From Candidatus Calditenuis fumarioli (GTDB lineage Archaea; Thermoproteota; Nitrososphaeria_A; Caldarchaeales; Calditenuaceae): DNA of 64,000 nucleotides. The stretch lies in the NCBI GenBank assembly GCA_030059665.1, contig JANVYR010000001.1, positions 352,001 to 416,000 of the forward strand. The letters are read 5' to 3'. Below are positions 55,757-64,000 of the stretch, piece after piece; position 1 is the first letter of the stretch, and each line of letters starts with the position of its first letter. The translations under genes were made by a program, and so were the position numbers. The notes beneath the pieces were generated by a model. It did no database searches. It saw nothing but the letters and a program-made list of their open reading frames with translations, and was not told where the DNA came from.

Positions 55757-56245
55757 TTAGCCCCGTTTCCCGGTGATACCTCGTCCTTTATCGGCGTATT
55801 CTTCCCCCGGGCGCCAAGCAGCGGTCGTCACCGAGGACCTGTCGGCGTAGTGCTGAACCACCCACTCCGGCTTAAGAGATCTGACTATGTGCTCGAATGC
55901 GGCTTTGGGGTCGCTGTGGTCGCCGCATGTGAAGACGTCGACTGTGGCGTACCTGTACTCCGGCCAGGTGTGGATGGCGATGTGGCTCTCGGTGATCAGC
56001 GCCAGCACCGACACCCCTCCCTTCACCCCCTCTACCTTCCAGGTCTTGACCTCCATCAGCGTGGCCCTCGCGATGCCAACCGCCTCCCTCACCAGCCTCT
56101 CGATTAGCCGCTCGTCCGCAAGCGCCTTCGGGTCGCAGCCGTACAGGTTACCGTAGACGTGTTTTCCTATGATGGGTTGCATATCGGCTTTGAGGACCTG
56201 CTGCCGTCCGACCGAACCAGTCCCGTCCAACTTCTTCCTTGTCAT
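55757..56245 (-). CDS. Pyruvoyl-dependent decarboxylase proenzyme of the AdoMetDC (SpeD) fold, most like the crenarchaeal arginine decarboxylase paralog
   Basis: Autocleavage site E-SH in [30 protein letters not shown] and TCG..SDP..AF.HIV resemble the ArgDC paralog as I recall it. An alternative start lies at 56182. Confidence 0.8.
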   Translation of the reverse strand: MTRKKLDGTGSVGRQQVLKADMQPIIGKHVYGNLYGCDPKALADERLIERLVREAVGIARATLMEVKTWKVEGVKGGVSVLALITESHIAIHTWPEYRYATVDVFTCGDHSDPKAAFEHIVRSLKPEWVVQHYADRSSVTTAAWRPGEEYADKGRGITGKRG

Positions 56246-56820
56246 CGGACGTCGTTTGCGTTTTCTAATAAATCGTGCGTCCAGGGCTTTCGCCTGAAGG
56301 TCGAATCGTCTCCAATTCGGTCAGCCCAGCCCCACCTACCCCAGCCATCCACCAGCCTGCTGGACTCAGATCCTCGCAGACAGGCGAGTGGGGCTTTGAA
56401 GTTGTTTACCATAAACCGTTGATCGTTTATGTTCAAAGTTTTACCTTAACCGAGAGATTGGGAGACCAGCGTTGCAGATCGTGTTCAGGCAGGAGATCCG
56501 GAGAGATTACAGCTAATTCCATCTAACTTGAATTAGGATGAAAATGTTCGCAGCTTTTAAGGATGCTTTTGGGATTTGTTCCTAATGGACTGCGCAAACC
56601 ATCTTCATAGGCAGGGGGCACGGAACTTGACACCTTCCAATTGATAAGGGTGACCCGAAACACAACGTCCTCCGTCGGGCCAGCCAAACGGATCGGTTGG
56701 GGGAATGTAGTCTGGATCACCATTTCAATCTCATTTGAATTATCAAGATCGTGTGGCTGATCGGTTTTACCTTACACGTAAAACGTTTAACCTTAAAACT
56801 CAACAACGATCACTACCACC

Positions 56821-57159
56821 ATGCCCGAGAGGGGCGGGAAGGGGGGCAAGCTGAGCAACAAGGGAAGGCAGGAGCGGAGGTCGGGCGAGGTGACTAAACC
56901 CCAGATCGACAAGAAGGTGTTGCAGGTGAGCGTCTCGCAGGCGGTTTCCCAGCCGAGATTGGCCTTCTATTCGCCGGTGGCTGCGGCGGTGCTGAACTAC
57001 CTGAAGAACACCCAGCCGAGGTTCAGCATCAGCAGCGAGCTGGCGAGGCTCGTCGAGGCGGACCTCGCAAGGAGGTACCCATTGCTGGTCTCACACGTTA
57101 AAAGGGCGTTGGAGGCGAAGGGGCTCAGGAGGAGGGCGAAGGGCAGTGGAGCCGGGTGA
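56821..57159 (+). CDS. Hypothetical basic protein with an RHH-like C-terminal half
   Basis: Lys/Arg-rich N-terminus, then FYSPVAAAVLNYL....PRFSISSELARLVE; CTTAAAA box about 25 nt upstream; overlaps the next gene. Confidence 0.6.
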   Translation: MPERGGKGGKLSNKGRQERRSGEVTKPQIDKKVLQVSVSQAVSQPRLAFYSPVAAAVLNYLKNTQPRFSISSELARLVEADLARRYPLLVSHVKRALEAKGLRRRAKGSGAG

Positions 57160-57955
57160 CCTGATCAGGTCGGCGCTGACCAGAGCGATGGAGGTTTACC
57201 GGGACCTGGCGAGGAAGGGCACCGCCAGCCAGCGGGTCAGGAGGGGGAGCTTCGGAGACATGGCGATGGTGGCAGACCTGATGTGCGAGGAGGCGATAAT
57301 GAGGGAGCTGGCCAGGTCACTCGACCTGAGGAGGTGCACGGTCGTCGCAGAGGAGTCGGGGATCATCAACGCCGAGTCCGAGCAGGAGCTGGTTGTTTTG
57401 ATAGACCCGGTGGACGGCAGCACCAACATGCGTCGGGGCATGAGGCACTTCGGAGCTGGTATAGCCATCGCGTCATCGTCCAAGTTCAGGGACGTCTTCG
57501 CCGCCGGCGTGCTGGACTTCGTCAGCGGGGAGCTGGTGCTGGCCACAGAGGACAACGTCGTTCTGCCCGAGGGTTCGAAGGGACCATCGAACGTTGAGGA
57601 CCTGCGCGAGTCCGTAGTGACGCTCGACTTCAGGGCTGCCAAGAGGGGACCGAGGGACGTGGAGAGGTACCTGAGGCTCGTGCGGGCGCTGAAGCACGTG
57701 AGGAACCTCGGGTCGTCGCTGGTGGAGCTGGAGCAGATAGCGCTGGGCGTCCTGGACGCCTACGTCTGCATCACCCCGGAGATGAGGGTGTTCGACATCG
57801 TACCAGGGATGTACGTCCTCAAGAAACTCGGGTGTCCCCTCTGGACGGGCGACGGTGACCCCGAGGAGCTCGAGCTGGTGACTCGCAACCGCTATCCGCT
57901 GATCGCCGCAAGCAACAGAATTCTGCTGCAGCGGATCCTCGAGGAGATCAGTTGA
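57146..57955 (+). CDS. suhB: Inositol monophosphatase/FBPase (bifunctional archaeal type)
   Basis: AD..CE, EESG, IDPVDGSTN, R.LGS and FDI. Confidence 0.85.
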   Translation: MEPGDLIRSALTRAMEVYRDLARKGTASQRVRRGSFGDMAMVADLMCEEAIMRELARSLDLRRCTVVAEESGIINAESEQELVVLIDPVDGSTNMRRGMRHFGAGIAIASSSKFRDVFAAGVLDFVSGELVLATEDNVVLPEGSKGPSNVEDLRESVVTLDFRAAKRGPRDVERYLRLVRALKHVRNLGSSLVELEQIALGVLDAYVCITPEMRVFDIVPGMYVLKKLGCPLWTGDGDPEELELVTRNRYPLIAASNRILLQRILEEIS

Positions 57956-58032
57956 GCGCTGATAGCCGGTTTTCAGCGTTGGCGGAGTCAAAAACGCTTA
58001 ATACAAATCGTGAGGGTTGAAGCGTTAAGGAA

Positions 58033-59742
58033 ATGTCCACAGTAGACGAGCTCATCATCAACAGGTTCTGGGTGAAATCGTATCCGCCCGATATCAGGCC
58101 GGACATCGAGATCCCGGCGAAGACCTACCACGAGCTCTTCCTCGAGTCGGCTGAGCGGAGGTCCAACAAGGTCGCGGTGATCTTCGCGGGCTCGGAGTTC
58201 ACGTACGGCCAGGTCCTCGACGCTGCCCTCAGGGTCGCAGGTTACCTGAGGTCGATCGGCGTGAGAGAGGGCGACAGGGTCTCACTCGTCCTTCCCAACT
58301 CGCCCCAGTTCATCGCATCGTACTTCGGGACCCTCATGACGGGCGCAGCTGTCGTCCCCATCAACCCGCTGTACAAGGCTGGGGAGATAGGGTACATGCT
58401 CGCGAAGAGCAGGGCTAAGGCGGTCTTCACGCTCGACCTGTTCCACGATGAGGTCCTGAAGGCCGTTGAGGGTACCTCCGTGGAGAAGGTGATCGTCTCG
58501 AACATCGCCGACCATCTGCCACCGGTCAAGCGGGTCCTCGGAAAGCTGCTGAGGAAGGTGCCATCGAAGCCGGTGAAGAGGGACGCCATGGTCGTCGGCT
58601 ACAACAGGGTCCTCTCGAGCAGACCTCTCCCGACGGACGAGATCGCACGACCTGACCCGGCATCGACCCCTGCGGCGATATGCTTCACCAGCGGCACCAC
58701 GGGCCTCCCGAAGGCGGCTGTCCTCACCCACAGGAACCTCGTCTCGAACATACACCAGAGCTACGAGGTGGCAAAGACCGCGCTCAGCGAGGACGAGACT
58801 GTGCTGGCGGTCCTCCCGTTCTTCCACATTTACGGCCAGACGGCGATCATGGGCTTTGGTCTCACCTTCGGCTTCAGGCTCGTGGTGGTTCCGAGGCCGA
58901 ACGTCGACGAGATTCTAGAGCTGATCGAGCGGTACCGGGTAACCATCGTCTTCGGGGTTCCGGCCCTCTACAACGCGATGATCTCTTCCCCCAAGTTCAG
59001 GAGGGAGATCTTCTCCCACGTCAAGCTCTGCGTCTCGGGTGCCGACAAGCTGCACGAGGAGATAGCGAAGAGGTTCGAGCAGGCGACGGGCGTCCGCATA
59101 GTGGAGGGATACGGCCTCACCGAGACCAGCCCCATAACCCACCTGAACCCGCCTGCGAGGACGAAGATCGGTTCGATCGGTCTGCCGGTCCCGAACACGC
59201 TCGCATGGGTCTTCAAGCTGGAATCGAACGTGCCTTTGGGGGTTGGACAGGAGGGCGAGCTGGCGATCTCGGGGCCGCAGGTCATGGAAGGTTACCTCGA
59301 GGACCCTGAGGCGAACAGAACGGCCTTCTTCACCCTCTTCGGGAGGAAGTGGTTCAGGACCGGAGACATCGCCAAGGTCGACGAGGAGGGATACTTCTAC
59401 ATCATCGAGCGGAAGAAGGACCTGATCAAGTACAAGGGATGGTCGATCTACCCGGCCCAGGTGGAGAACCTGGTGCTGAAGCACGAGGCGGTCCAGGCGG
59501 TGGGCGTGGTTGGCGTGCCGGACGTTGAGGTCGGTGAGAGGGTCGTGATGTTCGTGGTGTTGAAGCCCGAGTACAGGGGGAAGGTCAAGGAGGAGGACCT
59601 GATGGAGTGGTGCAGGAAGAACTTGGCTCCGTTCCAGGTGCCCTACAGGATCTTCTTCAAGGAGGAGCTGCCGGTGAGCATGACCGGCAAGGTGCTGAGG
59701 AGGGTGCTGAGGGAGGAGGCGGCGACGCTGCTGAAGTCCTGA
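58033..59742 (+). CDS. Long-chain acyl-CoA synthetase (AMP-forming)
   Basis: FTSGTTGLPK, LPFFHIYG, EGYGLTETSP, FRTGDI and P terminal TGKVLRR. Confidence 0.92.
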   Translation: MSTVDELIINRFWVKSYPPDIRPDIEIPAKTYHELFLESAERRSNKVAVIFAGSEFTYGQVLDAALRVAGYLRSIGVREGDRVSLVLPNSPQFIASYFGTLMTGAAVVPINPLYKAGEIGYMLAKSRAKAVFTLDLFHDEVLKAVEGTSVEKVIVSNIADHLPPVKRVLGKLLRKVPSKPVKRDAMVVGYNRVLSSRPLPTDEIARPDPASTPAAICFTSGTTGLPKAAVLTHRNLVSNIHQSYEVAKTALSEDETVLAVLPFFHIYGQTAIMGFGLTFGFRLVVVPRPNVDEILELIERYRVTIVFGVPALYNAMISSPKFRREIFSHVKLCVSGADKLHEEIAKRFEQATGVRIVEGYGLTETSPITHLNPPARTKIGSIGLPVPNTLAWVFKLESNVPLGVGQEGELAISGPQVMEGYLEDPEANRTAFFTLFGRKWFRTGDIAKVDEEGYFYIIERKKDLIKYKGWSIYPAQVENLVLKHEAVQAVGVVGVPDVEVGERVVMFVVLKPEYRGKVKEEDLMEWCRKNLAPFQVPYRIFFKEELPVSMTGKVLRRVLREEAATLLKS

Positions 59743-59805
59743 TCGGTCCCGTCCTCTTCGGATCCCGACGTCATTTGGATCCGGTCTGCCTCAGATTCCA
59801 AAACC

Positions 59806-61758
59806 TCACTCTCCCTTGAACTCCGGTTTCCTCTTCGAGAAGAAAGCGGATATGCCCTCCATCAGGTCCTTCGTCGCGAACAGGTGGGCGAACAGGCTCG
59901 ACTCGTGCCGGAGCCCCTCGTCGATCGGGACCTCGAGGGCCGCGTTGATGGCGTCCTTCGCAGCGGCGAGGGCGATTGGAGGCATCTCCGCCAGCCTCAT
60001 CGCGAACTCCCTCACCTCACGCTCGAAGCCCTCCGGGGGGACCACCTTGTCGATGATTCCCAACCTGAGGGCCTCCTCCGCTTTGATCCGGTCGCCGAGG
60101 AAGATCACGAGCTTCGCCTTGGACGGCCCTATCAAGCGGGTCAACCGCTGGGTAGCACCCCCTCCCGGAATGAGACCAAGCCTGATCTCGGGCTGACCGA
60201 CCTCCGACCTCTCGGTGGCGATCCTGAAGTCGCACGCGAGTGCCAGCTCCAGACCTCCGCCGAGGGCGAAACCGTCGATCGCGGCTATCACCGGCTTGGG
60301 AGACCTCTCTATCTTACGGAGGAGCTCGTTGAACCTCAGCGAGAAGCGGTGGGCCATGGGCACCTTGCTCTCGGTGGCGAGGATCTCGGAGAAGGCCGTT
60401 ATGTCCGCACCTGCGGAGAAGGCCCTACCTCCGGCACCAGTCAGAACTATCACCCTCACCGAGCGGTCCTCGGAGAGGTCCTTGAGGGCCACCTCCAGCT
60501 CCTCAATCATCTTGGGCGAAATGGCGTTGAGCCTGTGAGGACGGTTCAGCACGATCCAGCCTATCGGCGGCTCCCTCCTTACCTCGATCTCCTCGAACGA
60601 CGCAGCAGCTGGTCTCGGCTGGGATACGAGCGAAAGGAGGTACGACGACGGAGCGTAGCCCTCACCCAGCTCCGCCCTGAGCTCGCTCAACACGGAGTTC
60701 ACCTTCTCCGGTGTCAGCTCCGAAGCGTAGCCGAAAACGCCTCGGGGCAGATTGAGGCCGAGCTTCATGGCGGTCTCCACGTCCTCGTGACTGGCGACTC
60801 CCTGCTCAACAAGCCTCGCTGCCTCGTTCATCCCAGGCACGATCATGTACCAGATGTCCACGTCCCTGCCAGCGTCCTGGGGTATGCTCGGCCTCGCGCC
60901 TGCAGGCCACTCGTAGAAACCCCTCCCGGTCTTCGCACCCAGCTCCCCCCTCTCCACGTACCTCCTCAGGAGCTCGATTGGCCTGAAGGTCCTGTCGCGC
61001 TCGGCGATCACCTTCGAGACGTTGTAAGCGACGTCGATGCCCACGTAGTCCGCGAGCTCGAAGGCGCCCATCGGGAAGCCCGCCCTGTACTTCAAAGCCG
61101 AGTCGATCTGGACCGGTGTGTACCTCCCCTTCTCCACGAGGTGGCATGCGACCTCGAAGAACCGCGTGAGCACCCTGTTGACGATGAACCCCGGAACGTC
61201 CCTGTTAACCGTCACGACGGTCTTGCCGAGCGACCTAGCGAACTCGGTCGCGAGCCTCTTCGTCTCCTCGCTCGTCCTGCTCCCGATGATGACCTCCACC
61301 AGCTGCATCAGTTGTGGAGGGTTGAAAAAGTGGATGCCGAGGAACCTCTCCGGTCTCTCCACCGCGGCCTGCAGCTCATCGATCGGGATGGAGCTGGTGT
61401 TGGTACCGAGGAGCCTGGCCCTCCTTGCGGCCCTGCTGGCCCTCCGCCATGTGTCGAGCTTCACCTGGAGGTCCTCGAAGACCGCCTCGATCACCACGTC
61501 CGCATCCGCACATGCGGACTCGAGCGAGGTGGTGGTCCTGATCCTGCCCATAACCTTCTCGACTTCCTCGGGCCTGATCCTCCCGCGCTCCGCGAACTTC
61601 CCAAGGCTCCACCTGATCTTCTCTAGTGCCCTTCCCAGGATCTCCTCAGAGACGTCGACCACGGTGACGCTGTACCCCGACATCGCAGCGACCTGCGCGA
61701 TCCCGTGCCCCATCGTTCCCGCTCCGATGACGACGACCCTCTCCAGACCCGATGACAT
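59806..61758 (-). CDS. 3-hydroxyacyl-CoA dehydrogenase/enoyl-CoA hydratase fusion
   Basis: GAGTMGHGIA, EAV.E, NTSS, HFFNPP and PGFIVNR; C-terminal crotonase AFSAGADI, ALGGGLELALACD, PE..LG.IPGGG.TQRL. Confidence 0.93.
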   Translation of the reverse strand: MSSGLERVVVIGAGTMGHGIAQVAAMSGYSVTVVDVSEEILGRALEKIRWSLGKFAERGRIRPEEVEKVMGRIRTTTSLESACADADVVIEAVFEDLQVKLDTWRRASRAARRARLLGTNTSSIPIDELQAAVERPERFLGIHFFNPPQLMQLVEVIIGSRTSEETKRLATEFARSLGKTVVTVNRDVPGFIVNRVLTRFFEVACHLVEKGRYTPVQIDSALKYRAGFPMGAFELADYVGIDVAYNVSKVIAERDRTFRPIELLRRYVERGELGAKTGRGFYEWPAGARPSIPQDAGRDVDIWYMIVPGMNEAARLVEQGVASHEDVETAMKLGLNLPRGVFGYASELTPEKVNSVLSELRAELGEGYAPSSYLLSLVSQPRPAAASFEEIEVRREPPIGWIVLNRPHRLNAISPKMIEELEVALKDLSEDRSVRVIVLTGAGGRAFSAGADITAFSEILATESKVPMAHRFSLRFNELLRKIERSPKPVIAAIDGFALGGGLELALACDFRIATERSEVGQPEIRLGLIPGGGATQRLTRLIGPSKAKLVIFLGDRIKAEEALRLGIIDKVVPPEGFEREVREFAMRLAEMPPIALAAAKDAINAALEVPIDEGLRHESSLFAHLFATKDLMEGISAFFSKRKPEFKGE

Positions 61759-61840
61759 GCCCCTCGCTCAGAGAGGCCTCTAGTTGCATTTAAGTGGGTG
61801 GGGTTGTGGGGGCTGGCCGAAAACTGAGGGTCGGTCCGGC

Positions 61841-62506
61841 TCAGGGACGATGTTGAATCACCTCCGCCAGCTCTTTCAGGTCCCTCACCTCGATCCTTGC
61901 CTCTACGCCCAACTCCTCCATTGGCAGGTTGTACCTGTTGAGGTAGACGGTGAAGAGGCCCGCAGCGCCTGCACCGGCCAGGTCCCAGGGATTCGAGGAG
62001 ACGAAGCCCACCTCGCTTCTCGCCACACCGAACCTGTCCACGAGGCCGTAAACCCTCGGGCTGGGCTTGTAGACGCGCACCATCTCCGCCGATAGCAGCT
62101 CAGTGAAGTGCTTCCTCAGACCCGTGTTCCTGAGCAACTCGTCGACCATACCCCTGTCGCCGTTGGTCAGCGCGACAAGCCTGAAACGCCTTGCCAGCTC
62201 CGGAAGCGCCTCCACCGCGTCCTCGTGCGGCCTGAGGTTGAGCCACGCCTCCATCAGCCTCCTCTCCTGTTGCCTGTCGAGTGAGACGCCGAACCTACGT
62301 GCGGTGTATCGCAATGCCCACTCGGTGACGACCCAGAAGTTCTCGTACCGCTCCATCAGCGACAGCAGGTGGGTGTACTCCAGCTGCTTGGCCCTCCAGA
62401 CCCTCAGGAACTCTTGCGGCTCTGGGACCACTCCCCTTAGGGCAGAGGCGAGGCTGTTGAGGTCGTAGAGCGTGCCGTAAACGTCGAACGCGAGGAGCTC
62501 GATCAC
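61841..62506 (-). CDS. Haloacid dehalogenase, type II
   Basis: FDVYGTL, WR.KQLEY, LTNG, YKPSP.VY and SSNPWD..GA. Confidence 0.9.
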   Translation of the reverse strand: MIELLAFDVYGTLYDLNSLASALRGVVPEPQEFLRVWRAKQLEYTHLLSLMERYENFWVVTEWALRYTARRFGVSLDRQQERRLMEAWLNLRPHEDAVEALPELARRFRLVALTNGDRGMVDELLRNTGLRKHFTELLSAEMVRVYKPSPRVYGLVDRFGVARSEVGFVSSNPWDLAGAGAAGLFTVYLNRYNLPMEELGVEARIEVRDLKELAEVIQHRP

Positions 62507-62630
62507 GCCGCAGCCCCTTCCGCAGCTGGATAAATCTCCTCCGGGAGCACCAGGCCTTCGATCGCCGCCACCGGTTTCTTCCTTGCGATTTTATAGCTCG
62601 ATGAACGGCCAGCCCTGCGGAGGGAGACGG

Positions 62631-63395
62631 TTGGTGGCGCAGGGAGAACGGCTTGTAGGTCTGTTGAAGAGGTTCGGGCTCTCGGGATACGAGGTCAGGG
62701 CGTACCTCGCGCTGCTGGAGTTGGGCGAGGGAACCGCACAGGCGGTCTCCGAGGCCGCCAACGTTCCCAGATCGAGGGTCTACGAGGTGATGAACTCGCT
62801 GATAGAGAAGGGCTGGGCGATCGCGGTCAAGTCCAGGCCGACGAAATACAGGCCTCAGGACCCGGAGGTTGCCCTGAGGAGGAGCCTGATGAGGGTGGAG
62901 CGCGAGATGGAGGAGCTGGCGAAGGCCCTCGCGGACGAGCTGATGCCCCTTTACCGCGGCGGCGTGGGCGAGGAGGTGCCGGAGCTGGTGATCGTCAGGG
63001 GCGAGCAGGACCTCTGGAAACGGGTCAAGTCGACCATCGCCAAGGCCAGAAGGAGCCTCGCGGTCGCGCTGCCGCTGATACCCGAGGAGGTCGAGGAGAC
63101 CCTGATTCCCGTCGCATCAATAATGAGGGAGCGGGGTGGATCGGTGAGGGTCCTGTTGGGGAACGAGGTCGACGACAGGGACGCGAGGAAGTTAGCGGAG
63201 CACGCGGAGGTCCGAAGGAGGGAGCTGAGCTTCGGAGGGGGAGTGATAGCCGACGCCTCGGAGGTGGTCTTGGTCCTGATGGAGCCGGAGCGGCAGGTGC
63301 CCAGGTTGGGCATCCACTCTGCCCACTCGATGCTCACCATGTTAGCCCAGACTTACTTCGACATGCTCTGGTCGACTTCCCAGCCGGCCTCCTGA
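62631..63395 (+). CDS. TrmB-family transcriptional regulator
   Basis: GLS.YE..AY.ALL, VSE.ANVPRSRVYEVM.SL..KG; C-terminal effector domain; start after a GGAGGGAG ribosome-binding site. Confidence 0.9.
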   Translation: MVAQGERLVGLLKRFGLSGYEVRAYLALLELGEGTAQAVSEAANVPRSRVYEVMNSLIEKGWAIAVKSRPTKYRPQDPEVALRRSLMRVEREMEELAKALADELMPLYRGGVGEEVPELVIVRGEQDLWKRVKSTIAKARRSLAVALPLIPEEVEETLIPVASIMRERGGSVRVLLGNEVDDRDARKLAEHAEVRRRELSFGGGVIADASEVVLVLMEPERQVPRLGIHSAHSMLTMLAQTYFDMLWSTSQPAS

Positions 63396-64000
63396 AGGAG
63401 GTGCAGGAACCGGTAGGCGTCGTCGAACATGGTGACATTGTTGAACATCACGTATGCCCTCCTGAACTCGATCCTCCGCAGGTATCGCTCCAGTTTCCGT
63501 AGGTCCTCGTCGGTGTAGGTGTAGCTGTACATTTTCTTTCCCGGCGGAGAACCGTGCAGCCTGAGATAGAGCACCCTCTTGCTGGAGAGGTGAACGGGCT
63601 CCGAGGCGAATGGGTCAACAACGTGCACCACATCTGCCTCCTCGCAGACCTTCTTGACCCACGGCTCGCTCCAACCCCGCGGCTCGAACCCGATGGTCAA
63701 CCCGTCCCGATCGATCTCCCTGAAGAAGCGGAGGGCGTTCTCGACGTTCGAGGGCGTATCCGTGAAGGAGGCGGGGGTCTGGACGACGCAGAACTCGGCA
63801 CGGAGCGCCCTGCAGGCCTCCAGCGTGACCTCCCAGCTCTCCATCACCTCCCTGCTCATGCGGAGGAACCCGTGACCAGGCTTAGGTCTGACGTTCGACC
63901 TCTTCCAAGTGGGGCTGTTGCTCGGGTGCGTCACTCCCTGGAAAGCCTTGACCGCGAAAACGAAACCCTCCGGAACCGATTTCCTCCACCGCTCGAGGGT
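63353..64000 (-). CDS. DUF72-family TIM-barrel protein, 5' end outside the window
   Basis: F.F.VKA.QG.THP, VQTP.SF, FEPRGW, HVVDPF, Y.RLHG and VMFNN; the frame is open to base 64000. Confidence 0.88.
   Translation of the reverse strand, partial: TLERWRKSVPEGFVFAVKAFQGVTHPSNSPTWKRSNVRPKPGHGFLRMSREVMESWEVTLEACRALRAEFCVVQTPASFTDTPSNVENALRFFREIDRDGLTIGFEPRGWSEPWVKKVCEEADVVHVVDPFASEPVHLSSKRVLYLRLHGSPPGKKMYSYTYTDEDLRKLERYLRRIEFRRAYVMFNNVTMFDDAYRFLHLLQEAGWEVDQSMSK

Noticed and set aside
56242-56436. uORF whose stop overlaps the decarboxylase start (ATGA), reminiscent of eukaryotic AdoMetDC uORFs
   Set aside because: Its starts (56436 and the ATG at 56412) lie upstream of the predicted transcription start, and the peptide is not protein-like. 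Revisit if the mapped start is further upstream.
59884-61626. Long antisense ORF (580 aa); similar cases at 14704-16371, 6737-8263, 7138-8364 and 2448-3461
   Set aside because: These are shadows of well-supported genes on the other strand or frame, expected from strong GC3 bias. They have no motifs and Pro/Arg/His-skewed composition.

Overview
A GC-rich, gene-dense archaeal chromosome segment. Marker genes point to a thermophilic TACK archaeon, probably Aigarchaeota/Caldarchaeales-like (inference): archaeal DnaG, S4, PheRS and Taw1, a short XPF, SMC-ScpAB, a crenarchaeal-type pyruvoyl decarboxylase and a heme-copper oxidase subunit IV. The window holds about 65 CDS, tRNA-Leu(GAG), an intron-containing tRNA-Arg(GCG), an orphan CRISPR array (17 repeats, 16 spacers) and one box C/D guide RNA. 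The best candidate for an undescribed system is the cluster at 14.7-24.6 kb. It encodes adenine deaminase, a hydantoinase, an SsnA-like amidohydrolase, a YgeW-like carbamoyltransferase, a Mer-like LLM reductase, a ThrC-fold PLP enzyme lacking the usual phosphate-binding residues, a nucleoside-type ABC ATPase and a stand-alone Lrp effector domain. This resembles an archaeal version of the bacterial reductive purine/urate (2,8-dioxopurine) pathway, with non-orthologous replacements for YgfK and DpaL. Other leads: an anti-repeat in the CRISPR leader that can pair with repeat 1, a possible decayed TnpB tail beside the leader, an uncharacterised P-loop protein coupled inside thiW-thiDN, an HTH-ferritin fusion, a structured RNA leader on the arginine decarboxylase gene, and a likely ACG start for pheT. 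All product calls come from motif reading and recalled family sequences; no searches were run.
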